A stretch of DNA of 42,895 nt from Acidobacteriota bacterium (GTDB lineage Bacteria; Acidobacteriota; Vicinamibacteria; Vicinamibacterales; SCN-69-37): the NCBI GenBank assembly GCA_004297655.1, contig SCUN01000054.1, forward strand, positions 1 to 42,895, written 5' to 3'. How positions within the stretch are numbered: position 1 is the stretch's first letter; every line of letters starts with the position of its first letter. Under the pieces are notes generated by a model. That model saw only the letters and a list, made by a program, of their open reading frames with translations, searched no databases and was not told the origin of the DNA. The translations under genes were made by a program, and so were the position numbers. This document shows positions 1-10,207 of this stretch, in pieces.

Positions 1-311
1 AACCCCGGCTGGCGGCGAAGCAGGCGAAAGGCGTGGCGCACGTCCAAGCCGAGGCCGGCCCATCGCGACGCCGACGCGGGCGCCGAGGCGAGCAGCGGGT
101 CGCGGCGCGCGCGGCGCGGGCCCGCGGTGCCGCGCGCCCAGCCATCGATCAGCGCGCGGACGTGGGCGTCGGCGGCCGCGGTCGTATCGCCCTCGGCGCG
201 GCGCTTCTGCCATTCCGCGTCCGCGTGCTGCGCCATTTCCTCGACCACGTCATCGTCCACGCGGCGCCGCTCGAGGTCGAACGCTCGCCGAATCTCGTCT
301 CGCCAGCTCAT
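1..311 (-). CDS. ADOP-family (duplicated FtsX/MacB-type) permease, N-terminal fragment running off the window edge
   Basis: My own minus-strand translation from ATG 311-309 gives MSWRDEIRRAFDLERRRVDDDVVEEMAQHADAEWQKRRAEG...GLGLDVRHAFRLLRRQPG. This is the same cytoplasmic prefix plus D-x-R-x-x-x-R-x-L/V-R-R-x-P-G lead-in seen in the complete permease at 2797-5430. It starts 3 nt after the PadR stop codon (315-317). It is absent from the ORF track because it is open at the edge. Confidence 0.7.
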   Translation of the reverse strand, partial: MSWRDEIRRAFDLERRRVDDDVVEEMAQHADAEWQKRRAEGDTTAAADAHVRALIDGWARGTAGPRRARRDPLLASAPASASRWAGLGLDVRHAFRLLRRQPG

Positions 312-314
312 GGC

Positions 315-659
315 CTAGCCTTTCTGAAAACCGGCCACGCGATCGATGGCCAGAAAGAAGTTCTGCCAAACGGTGCGTTCCGCCGCGAGCCGCTTCCGGC
401 CCGCGGGCGTGATGCGGTAGTAGCGGCGGCGGCGCTGGCCCACTTTCTCGACCCATCGCCCTTCGACGAGCCCGGCGTCTTCCAGGCGGTAGAGCGTCGG
501 GTAGAGCGACGGCACGTGGTAGCTGAGCGCGCCATGCGAGCGCTGCTCGATGAGCTGCGCGATTTCGTAGCCGTGGCGCGGCCGCTCTTCGATGAGGGCC
601 AGGATCAGGATGTCGGCCGAGCCCTTCTTCAGTTCCTTTGAAACGCGATCGTTACCCAT
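315..659 (-). CDS. PadR-family transcriptional regulator
   Basis: 114 aa. The winged-helix core ILILALIEERPRHGYEIAQLIEQRS...SLYPTLYRLEDAGLVEGRW...RRRYYRITPAGRKRL is typical PadR. It sits directly upstream of a permease gene, like the two other pairs in the window. Confidence 0.9.
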   Translation of the reverse strand: MGNDRVSKELKKGSADILILALIEERPRHGYEIAQLIEQRSHGALSYHVPSLYPTLYRLEDAGLVEGRWVEKVGQRRRRYYRITPAGRKRLAAERTVWQNFFLAIDRVAGFQKG

Positions 660-678
660 ATGTGGATTACCAGTATAT

Positions 679-734
679 CAAGCCACACGTCACAAATCGG
701 ACGTCACCACACCCACACCTGTGACGTGTGACTT
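679..734. promoter_or_regulatory. Two inverted copies of the TGTGACGTGTGRCTT motif in the PadR / hypothetical-gene divergent spacer (candidate operator)
   Basis: The reverse complement of 679-698 is GATTTGTGACGTGTGGCTTG. Positions 720-734 read TGTGACGTGTGACTT on the plus strand. Each copy points toward its adjacent gene and ends 19-30 nt before the start codon. The same motif recurs at 37441-37483. Confidence 0.5.
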
Positions 735-759
735 CAAATTTGATTAGGATGGCAGGAGG

Positions 760-1386
760 ATGTCCGTGCTCCCCGCGTTCCGCCGAAACGCTGTTCATGT
801 TCGAACAGGTCTCGCGGGCCTCGGCGCCGACGCGGGTCCGCTCCAGATCGACGGCGGCCAGATTCGCGACGCCAACCAGATGGAGCGCTTTAAACAGCTG
901 GCCATCCCGGTTCGGCGAGCCCTGAAAGCCACCGACCGCGTGTCGTTCGCCGGCGCGCTCGCCGAACTGAAGACGCTCCGGCCCGCCGACGCCGTCGCGG
1001 CGCAGTGGACCGCTCTCGAGGCCGAACTCAACGGCACCGTCAATCTCGGCGGCCGCAAGCTGCAGCGCCGCCTGGTGCTCGAGGGTTTTCTGAACGCCGC
1101 CGCGTTCTACAACCAGCTCGAGCACGACCGCGCGAGAAGCCACGACCGCGCGGACGAATACGACAACTTCATTCAGGAATGGGGCACGGCCGCCGAAAGC
1201 CTCGGGGCGCAACTCGCCGAGGACGCCGCGCGCGTGATCGTCGCGCTGGATGGTGAAATCGCGGCGGCGTTGGGCGAGCCCGAGATCCTGCCGCCGCCAG
1301 AAAAAACGCCGCCGCCGCCGCCGGATCCGAAAGAGCCGCTCTGGAAGCGGATCTGGATGTTGATCAAGCCGGACTCTACCCCTTGA
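760..1386 (+). CDS. Hypothetical protein, mostly alpha-helical, with a proline-rich C-terminus (PPPEKTPPPPPDPKEP)
   Basis: Strong GC3 bias in this frame. AGGAGG at 754-759 abuts ATG 760, so GTG 766 (6-nt spacing) is the more likely start. I recognise no family. The 3' end overlaps the convergent proline dehydrogenase by 11 nt. Confidence 0.6.
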   Translation: MSVLPAFRRNAVHVRTGLAGLGADAGPLQIDGGQIRDANQMERFKQLAIPVRRALKATDRVSFAGALAELKTLRPADAVAAQWTALEAELNGTVNLGGRKLQRRLVLEGFLNAAAFYNQLEHDRARSHDRADEYDNFIQEWGTAAESLGAQLAEDAARVIVALDGEIAAALGEPEILPPPEKTPPPPPDPKEPLWKRIWMLIKPDSTP

Positions 1387-2308
1387 ACATGTTCTTCACG
1401 ACGAACCAGACGTTCGCGGGCCGTTCGCCGAGCCGCCGCATGTACCACGGGAACCAGAACTCGCCGTAGCTGATCAGGCACCGGATCTTCACGCCCGCTT
1501 TCGCGAGCTCGTGCTGACGCGCGGAGTTGATGCCGAAGAGCATCGCGAACTCATAACGCTTCGGATCGATCTTCCGCTCCGCGATGAGCGCGCGCAGCCG
1601 TTCCTGCAGCGTGACGTCGTGCGTCGCGATGTGCAGCAACGCGCCCGGCTTGTTCGCGTCGTCTCTGAGCAACCGCTCACAGTTCTTGTAGTACTGCTCG
1701 TCCACCCGGCTCTTCTCGGGGAACGCGACCGTCGGCGGCTCGAGATACGCGCCCTTGACCATGCGCACGAGCGCGCCCATCGCGACCAGATCTTCGAGGT
1801 CCTTATCCGTGCGAATGAGATACGCCTGGATCGCGACGCCGACATTCGCCGATTGCGGACGCAGGCGCTTGTAGAGCGCGAGCGTGCCGTCGACGTACGG
1901 CGAGCTCTCCATGTCGAGCCAGAACAGCACGTTCTGCTGCTCGCAGGCGCGCAGCAGCTTCATGCAGTAGTCGAAGCACTTCTCCGGATCCTGGTCGTAG
2001 CCGAGCTGCGTCGGCTTGATCGAGATCTGGGTGTCGATGCCGGCCTGCTTCACGAGCGCCAGCACCGACATGTAGTGATTGAAGACGTCGTCGGCTTCTT
2101 TAAGGTGCGTGATGTTCTCGCCGAGCCGCGTCAGGATCGTGTTGATGCCCGACGGTTTCAGTGCGGCGGCCGCCTGAATCGCGTCCTCGACCTTCTCGCC
2201 GGGCATGAACTTCTTGACCGACTTCTTCACGAACCCGGTGCGCATCGCGCGCTCCCGCAACCAGGCGTTGGTCGACGCCCACAGCAGGGCCTTTCGCATG
2301 ACGGACAT
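1376..2308 (-). CDS. Proline dehydrogenase (monofunctional PRODH family)
   Basis: Pro_dh-like sequence: SIKPTQLG...AIQAYL.RT...VRMVKGAYLEP...HIATHD...YGEFWFPWYMRRLGERPAN. I chose ATG 2308 (MSVMRKALL...) because the longer ORF to 2362 would overlap the upstream cytochrome gene. The gap to the upstream stop is 2 nt. Confidence 0.85.
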   Translation of the reverse strand: MSVMRKALLWASTNAWLRERAMRTGFVKKSVKKFMPGEKVEDAIQAAAALKPSGINTILTRLGENITHLKEADDVFNHYMSVLALVKQAGIDTQISIKPTQLGYDQDPEKCFDYCMKLLRACEQQNVLFWLDMESSPYVDGTLALYKRLRPQSANVGVAIQAYLIRTDKDLEDLVAMGALVRMVKGAYLEPPTVAFPEKSRVDEQYYKNCERLLRDDANKPGALLHIATHDVTLQERLRALIAERKIDPKRYEFAMLFGINSARQHELAKAGVKIRCLISYGEFWFPWYMRRLGERPANVWFVVKNMFKG

Positions 2309-2310
2309 GG

Positions 2311-2751
2311 TTAGTGCCCCGAGCCGGCGACGGTGAGCGGCTTGACGGCGCCGCGATGGCACGTGAAACAGGTCACCTTGGGCTGATCGGGCAACGCCGG
2401 ATCACCCACGCCCTGCAGATACGTCGCGTTGATGTCGGCGGTCATCTTGATCATCTTGCGCGCGATCTCCTTCTTCGGATTGTCGTCCGACGCGCGCTGC
2501 GCCATGTCTTCGACATGGCAGTGATCGCACTTCACGCCGAGGGCGGCCGTGAATCCGCGCATCGTCGCCGTCAGCACCGGGCGGGCGATGTCCTTCGGCA
2601 GTACTTTGAGATTCTGCGGCGGCGCGCCGCCTTGACGACCGGCGCCGGCCGGCGGCGGAGTCTGCTGCTGGCCCGCGACGCGGGCACCGGCGACCACCAG
2701 GCCGCACACCATCACTGTTGTCAGAACTGCGAAAGATCGGAACGAGCGCAT
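2311..2751 (-). CDS. Secreted dihaem c-type cytochrome (reaction-centre cytochrome c-like repeat)
   Basis: N-terminal signal peptide (MRSFRSFAVLTTVMVCGLVVAGA). Two CxxCH motifs (CDHCH, CFTCH), each preceded by a Met-containing helix (TATMRGF, ARKMIKM). AGGAGG at 2756-2761 lies 4 nt from the ATG. Confidence 0.8.
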   Translation of the reverse strand: MRSFRSFAVLTTVMVCGLVVAGARVAGQQQTPPPAGAGRQGGAPPQNLKVLPKDIARPVLTATMRGFTAALGVKCDHCHVEDMAQRASDDNPKKEIARKMIKMTADINATYLQGVGDPALPDQPKVTCFTCHRGAVKPLTVAGSGH

Positions 2752-2775
2752 CGCGCCTCCTTGAAGAGAGACGCA

Positions 2776-2804
2776 ATTATAGGCCCTCCGCCGGGATCAG
2801 TCGC
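2776..2804 (-). promoter_or_regulatory. Candidate sigma-70 promoter of the cytochrome c / proline dehydrogenase operon
   Basis: The minus strand reads GCGACT, 17 nt, TATAAT (perfect -10, complement of 2776-2781), 14 nt, AGGAGG, 4 nt, ATG. The -35 overlaps the stop codon of the upstream permease. Confidence 0.5.
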
Positions 2805-5430
2805 CGCGAAGCGTTCGCGCGGGATCGAGCTTCATCGCGCGGACGGCCGGCGCCGCAACGGCGAGGATAGACACGGCCAGTACCGTGAGCGTCACCACTA
2901 TTAATGTGGCGGGATCGTGGGGGCTCACGCCGTAGAGCACGGGCGCGGCGAGCTGCCCGATCACCAGACCGAGCAGCAGTCCGGCGCCGGCGCCAATGGC
3001 CGTGACCTTGAGTCCGTCCGACAGGACCATCCGGCGAATGCCCGACGGATCCGCGCCGAGCGCCATCCGCACGCCGATTTCGCGGGTGCGCTGACCAACC
3101 GAATAGGAAATCACGCCATACAGGCCGCCGGCGGCGAGCGTCAGCGCGAGCACCGCGAATCCGATGAAGAGGCCGTTGATGATCGTCGTGCTCGACATCT
3201 CATCGCGTTCGATGTCTTTCACCGTTCGCAGGTTGGAGATCGGCACCGCGCTATCGAGCCGCCGCATTACCGCGCGCAGATCCGGCGTTCGATCGGCCGG
3301 CGTCGAGGCGCGAACGAGCGCCGTCATGTCCGCCCTGGGCCACTGCGCGAACGGCACATAGACCTGCGGACTGGTGACGGTGATGTTCGGCGCGCGCGTG
3401 TCGGCGGCCACACCGACGACGGTCACGGCCCGCTTCGGTTCGTTGCGGCCTGCGAGCGTCACCTGCCGGCCGATCGCCGGCGCCGCGCCGCCGAAGTACT
3501 TGTCGGCCGCCGTGCGATTGATGATCGCCACGGGTTGCGAAGCCGCCGCATCGGCGGCGCCAAAGCCGCGGCCGCCGACGATGTTGACGCCGGCGGTGCG
3601 GAAGTAACCGGGCGTCACCGCGTACCACGACGCCCACGGCACGTCGTTGTCGCGGCCGCCGAGCGCGAGTCCCTCGATCTGCCGCGTCACTTCGCCATCG
3701 AATACCGGGAGGTGACTGATCACCGCGGCGGCGCTGATGCCGCCGACTTCGGACAACGCCTGCGACAGCGACGCCGCGAATCGCGCGCGCGCTTCGTCGG
3801 TCGCGTAGCGATCGGCGGGCAACTCGAAGCGGAAGGTGGCCATCTCGTCCACGGCGATGCCGGTGTCGATGCGATTGAGGAAGAGCATCGATTGAACCGC
3901 CAGCGTCGAGACCACGAGCAGCGAGAGCGCCAGCGCGACCTGGCCGGCCACGAGGATGCTGCGGCGCCGCTTCGACCCGCGGCTTCCGCTGGTTCGGCTG
4001 TCCCGCAAGGTCTCGGCGCTCGTGGACCGGCCGGCCGAGAGCGCCGGCAGCAGGCAGAAGATCAGCGGCGTCACGAATGAGATCGCCGCGACGAAGACGA
4101 GCACGTAGCCGTCGATCGCGATCGTCTTCATGAACGGCTCGTAGGCAACGGCGTTGATCGTCTTCAGGCCCGCATGCGCGAAGCCGAGGCCGAGCGCGCC
4201 GCCGGCGAGGCTCAGCACCAGGCTCTCGGCCATCATCGGCCGAACCAGCTGCGCGCGCGAGGCGCCCAACGCCTGTCGCACGGCCAGATCCACGCGTCTC
4301 GACACGAGCCGCGCCATCACGAGATTCGCCAGGTTGGCGCACGCAATCAGCAGCACGAAGCCGACGACGATCGCGAGGAGCAGGAGGATGAGCCAGGTGT
4401 CGTTCGATGTCATCGCCGTGCGGGTCGATACCGCGCCGGCGGTCCAGTCGTGATGCGTGGCCGGATACGAAGCCGCCCACTGGCGGCTGAGACCTTCGAC
4501 TTCCGCGTTGGCGGACGCGATCGTGGCGCCCGGCGCAAGCCGGCCGAGCACGCGCAGCGTGCGGGCATCGCGGGCGCCGTTCGGGTCCACCGGCATCGGC
4601 GTCCACATGTCGATCAGAGACAAGTTGCCGAGCTCGAGGTCCGACGGCATCACGCCGACGACCGTCAGCGGCTTGCCGTTCAGGAGAAGTTGCCGGCCGA
4701 TGACCGACGGATCCGATTGGAAACGGTCCTTCCAATAATGATTGGCGAGCACGGCTGCGATCGGTTGGCCCGGCTCGCCGTCCTGCGGTTGGAACAGCCG
4801 GCCGATCACGGGCCGCATCCCCCACACGTCAGTGAGATTCGCGGTTCCCCGAATGATGGTGACGCGCTCCGGATCCTGCTGGTGGCCGGTGAGCGTCGCC
4901 GACGCGTTCTCGTAGCCGGCAACTGCTGTGAAGCTCTTCGCGCGTTCGCGCAGGTCGACGAGATCCGGCATCGACAACTGGCCGCGGTCGATCTGCCGCG
5001 GCGCATTGAGCGATCGCACCCATCCAAGCCCGTCAGGGTTCGCGATCGGCAGCGGGCGCACGACCAGCGGACTGGCGAGGCTGAAGAGCAGCGTGTTCGC
5101 GCCGATCGCCAGCGCGAGCGTGAGAATGGCGATCGCGCTGTATCCCGGCGACCGGCGCACGGTGCGACCCGCGAGACGAAGATCATTCAATAGGCTGTTC
5201 ATCGTTGTTCCAAAAGTAAGGCCGACTGGTTCCGAAGTCGGCCAGGCCCGCCGCCGCGAAAGATGCCACGCCCCCGCAATCGCCTGACGCCAGTACGCTC
5301 TCCACGCACGCCACCGCCCGCGCGTCTGATCGCGGACAAAGCGCTCATCGAGATCGCCGAGCAGCGATTCGCGGAGCGGCTCCGCCACGAACATCGCGAC
5401 GACGAGCGCCGCCATGCGTGGAGGTTTCAC
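2797..5430 (-). CDS. ADOP-family duplicated FtsX/MacB-type ABC permease (no ATPase partner adjacent)
   Basis: 877 aa. It has two MacB_PCD + FtsX-like halves, each with four TM segments, and the N-terminal prefix ESLLGDLDERF. The start is GTG 5430 or ATG 5415. Confidence 0.9.
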   Translation of the reverse strand: MKPPRMAALVVAMFVAEPLRESLLGDLDERFVRDQTRGRWRAWRAYWRQAIAGAWHLSRRRAWPTSEPVGLTFGTTMNSLLNDLRLAGRTVRRSPGYSAIAILTLALAIGANTLLFSLASPLVVRPLPIANPDGLGWVRSLNAPRQIDRGQLSMPDLVDLRERAKSFTAVAGYENASATLTGHQQDPERVTIIRGTANLTDVWGMRPVIGRLFQPQDGEPGQPIAAVLANHYWKDRFQSDPSVIGRQLLLNGKPLTVVGVMPSDLELGNLSLIDMWTPMPVDPNGARDARTLRVLGRLAPGATIASANAEVEGLSRQWAASYPATHHDWTAGAVSTRTAMTSNDTWLILLLLAIVVGFVLLIACANLANLVMARLVSRRVDLAVRQALGASRAQLVRPMMAESLVLSLAGGALGLGFAHAGLKTINAVAYEPFMKTIAIDGYVLVFVAAISFVTPLIFCLLPALSAGRSTSAETLRDSRTSGSRGSKRRRSILVAGQVALALSLLVVSTLAVQSMLFLNRIDTGIAVDEMATFRFELPADRYATDEARARFAASLSQALSEVGGISAAAVISHLPVFDGEVTRQIEGLALGGRDNDVPWASWYAVTPGYFRTAGVNIVGGRGFGAADAAASQPVAIINRTAADKYFGGAAPAIGRQVTLAGRNEPKRAVTVVGVAADTRAPNITVTSPQVYVPFAQWPRADMTALVRASTPADRTPDLRAVMRRLDSAVPISNLRTVKDIERDEMSSTTIINGLFIGFAVLALTLAAGGLYGVISYSVGQRTREIGVRMALGADPSGIRRMVLSDGLKVTAIGAGAGLLLGLVIGQLAAPVLYGVSPHDPATLIVVTLTVLAVSILAVAAPAVRAMKLDPARTLRGD

Positions 5431-5452
5431 GGCTTCAGCTCCGCGACGTTCT

Positions 5453-5785
5453 TCATAACTTCAGCTCCGCTTCGAGGCCGTCCGTCATGTTGCGGAGCGC
5501 CGCGACCGATTGCCTGAGCGCGCGATGGCCCGCCGCCATCAACTTGAAGTGTTTCTTGCGGCGCCCGCCCCGCTCCGCCGTCGGCTCGCCGAACCGGCTC
5601 GCGACGAGGCCCTTGTCTTCGAGCCGTTCGAGCGTCTTGTAGACGGCGCCGAGCGACACGTCGCGGCCGGTGCGCGCCGTGATGTCGTCGCAAATCGACA
5701 CGCCGTACGGCTCGCCGCCCTCCCGCGCTAATCGCGTCAGCGACAGCAAGACCAACTGTTCGAAATCGCCCAGGATCATCTCCAT
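5453..5785 (-). CDS. PadR-family transcriptional regulator
   Basis: 110 aa: FEQLVLLSLTRL...PYGVSICDDI...SLGAVYKTLERLEDKGLVASRFGEPTAERGGRRKKHFKL. It lies immediately upstream of the permease. Confidence 0.9.
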   Translation of the reverse strand: MEMILGDFEQLVLLSLTRLAREGGEPYGVSICDDITARTGRDVSLGAVYKTLERLEDKGLVASRFGEPTAERGGRRKKHFKLMAAGHRALRQSVAALRNMTDGLEAELKL

Positions 5786-5810
5786 GGCGATATGTTAGAC
5801 GATGTCGAGG

Positions 5811-6641
5811 TTATCGAGGTTCGATCGAGAGAGCGAGGTCCAGCGCCGGGGCCGAATGCGTGAGGGCGCCGACCGAAATATCGTCCACGCCGGTCTCGGC
5901 GATCGCCCGCACACGGCCGAGCGTCACGCCCCCTGACGCTTCGAGACGAGCGCGGCCGCCGACCAGTTCCACGGCCGCGCGCATTTCGTCGAGCGTCATG
6001 TTGTCGAGGAGAATCCGGTCGGCGCCGGCAATCAGCGCCGCCTCGACCTGCGGCAGCGTGTCCGCTTCAACCTCGACCTCCGCGCCCTTCGGGAGCAACC
6101 CGCGGACGCGCGCCACGGCGATCCCGACATCCCCGACCGCGGCGAGATGGTTATCCTTAATAAGAGCCATCTCCGACAGGTCCATCCGGTGATTCGCGCC
6201 GCCGCCCATGCGCACGGCGTACTTCTCGAGCGCCCGCCACCCCGGCGTCGTCTTGCGGGTGTCGAGGATGCGCGCGCGTGTGCCGCGAACCGCGTCCACG
6301 AACGCCGCCGTGAGCGTCGCGATGCCCGACAGACGCTGCAGGAAATTGAGCGCGACGCGCTCGGCCGACAGCAATCCGCGCGTCGTGCCGTCGATCACCA
6401 TGACGACATCCCCGGCGCCCACCACCGCGCCGTCTTCGGCCAGGACGGCGATCTCGCACCGCGGATTGAGCAAACGAAACGCGACCCCGGCCGCTTCGGT
6501 TCCGGCGATCACTCCGGGCTGACCGGCGGCAATCGTCGCCCGTCCCCTCGCCTCCGCCGGCACAATCCCCTTCGTCGTCACATCATCGAACGCGCGATCT
6601 TCGTCGAGCGCGGCGCGCACGAAGCCGACGAGGTCGGTCAT
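5811..6641 (-). CDS. nadC: Nicotinate-nucleotide pyrophosphorylase (carboxylating)
   Basis: MTDLVGFVRAALDEDRAFDDVTT...RKTTPGWRALEKYAVRMGGGANHR.DLSEMALIKDNH is classic NadC. The start ATG 6641 overlaps the nadA stop (ATGA at 6638-6641). The longer ORF to 6812 is an Arg/Asp-rich artefact inside nadA. Confidence 0.9.
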   Translation of the reverse strand: MTDLVGFVRAALDEDRAFDDVTTKGIVPAEARGRATIAAGQPGVIAGTEAAGVAFRLLNPRCEIAVLAEDGAVVGAGDVVMVIDGTTRGLLSAERVALNFLQRLSGIATLTAAFVDAVRGTRARILDTRKTTPGWRALEKYAVRMGGGANHRMDLSEMALIKDNHLAAVGDVGIAVARVRGLLPKGAEVEVEADTLPQVEAALIAGADRILLDNMTLDEMRAAVELVGGRARLEASGGVTLGRVRAIAETGVDDISVGALTHSAPALDLALSIEPR

Positions 6642-7615
6642 CGCGAAGCGCTCAGTTCGAGCTCGGTGGACGGCGAGCCGCCGATCGTGACCATCCGCTC
6701 GATCGCCACGCGCGCGCGCGACGCGATCGCCGGCGGCACCGTCACGCGATGCGTCATGGTCTCGAGCGCATGCAGCACTTTCGGCAGCGTCGTGAGCTTC
6801 ATGAACGAGCACTCGGCTTCAGCGCTCGCCGGAAGGAACGTCTTCGAAGGATGCATCAGCCGCAGCCGATGCAGAATGCCGGTTTCCGTCGCGACGATGA
6901 ACGAAGACGAGGGCGATTCGGCTGGGCGACGCATCATCCCCTCGGTCGAGAGCATGTGCGCGTCGAGGCTGTCCACGTCGCCCGCCGAGATGGCTTCAAC
7001 CACGTTCGTCGAACAACCGCACTCCGGGTGAACGAGCAGCTCCGCGCCCGGATGCGAGGCGCGCTGTTTCGCGAGCGACTCGGGCGTGATGCCGGCATGC
7101 ACGTGGCACTCGCCCATCCATACGCGGATGTTCTCGCGGCCGGTCACGCGGCGCACGTGGGCGCCGAGAAAGAAGTCCGGAAGAAACAGAATCTCCTGCG
7201 ACGCGGGAATCGCGTTGACGACGTCGACGGCGTTGCCCGATGTGCAGCAGTAATCGCTTTCGGCTTTCACCTCGGCCGACGTGTTGACGTACGACACGAC
7301 CACGGCGCCCGGATGCTCGGCCTTCCAGCGACGGACGTCTTCGGCCGTAATCGTGTCGGCGAGCGAACAGCCGGCGCCGAGGTCCGGAAGGAGCACGGTC
7401 TTGTCGGGCGAGAGAATCGCGGCAGTTTCCGCCATGAAGTGGACGCCGCAGAAGACGATGACCCTGGCGCTCGTCCGGGCGGCCTCGCGGCTGAGACCGA
7501 GGGAATCACCGACGAAATCGGCCGCGTCCTGGACCTCCGGCCGCTGGTAGTTGTGCGCGAGGATGACGGCGCCGCGCTCCCGCGCCAACACGCGGACCCG
7601 TTCCGGTAAGTGCAT
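6638..7615 (-). CDS. nadA: Quinolinate synthase
   Basis: 325 aa: ILAHNYQ..EVQD.ADFVGDSL...FCGVHFMAETA...VSYVNTSAEVKA...CCTSGNA...HPECG...GD matches NadA motifs. Confidence 0.92.
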   Translation of the reverse strand: MHLPERVRVLARERGAVILAHNYQRPEVQDAADFVGDSLGLSREAARTSARVIVFCGVHFMAETAAILSPDKTVLLPDLGAGCSLADTITAEDVRRWKAEHPGAVVVSYVNTSAEVKAESDYCCTSGNAVDVVNAIPASQEILFLPDFFLGAHVRRVTGRENIRVWMGECHVHAGITPESLAKQRASHPGAELLVHPECGCSTNVVEAISAGDVDSLDAHMLSTEGMMRRPAESPSSSFIVATETGILHRLRLMHPSKTFLPASAEAECSFMKLTTLPKVLHALETMTHRVTVPPAIASRARVAIERMVTIGGSPSTELELSASR

Positions 7616-7658
7616 CCTGCTAGTTTAATGAATTGCAAAATCGCTCTATCGCAAAATG

Positions 7659-7676
7659 GCAAGATTCCAATCTTGC
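7659..7676. promoter_or_regulatory. Perfect palindrome GCAAGATTCCAATCTTGC in the repeat-rich AT-richer spacer upstream of nadA, downstream of the topoisomerase gene
   Basis: 8-bp arms with a 2-nt centre. It is flanked by direct repeats GCAAAAT (7635-7641, 7651-7657) and ATCTTG(C) (7670-7676, 7678-7683, 7694-7700). It could be an operator of the NAD genes or a terminator stem. Confidence 0.35.
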
Positions 7677-7705
7677 AATCTTGAATTGAAGCGATCTTGC
7701 GATCC

Positions 7706-10132
<2,427 letters not shown>

Positions 10133-10207
10133 TCCGAAATACTAGTACCGAAATGGACATCTATGCGAGGCCCCCCGGGCGTAGGCTCGTGCTAGCCTAG
10201 GCTTCCT

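Noticed and set aside
5430-5475. 12-nt direct repeat GCGGAGCTGAAG at the padR stop / permease start, resembling the REP loop GCTGAAGC.
   Set aside because: There is no complementary arm, so no hairpin forms. One copy encodes the PadR C-terminus (AELKL) and the other precedes the permease GTG. It is probably a local duplication or chance.
10133-10207. Cluster of CTAG-containing palindromes (TACTAGTA, GCTAGC, GCCTAGGC) and the direct repeat CCGAAAT x2 between the topoisomerase and desaturase genes.
   Set aside because: The repeats are short and low in information, lie in a normal divergent promoter spacer, and recur nowhere else in the window. I could not tie them to any known site.
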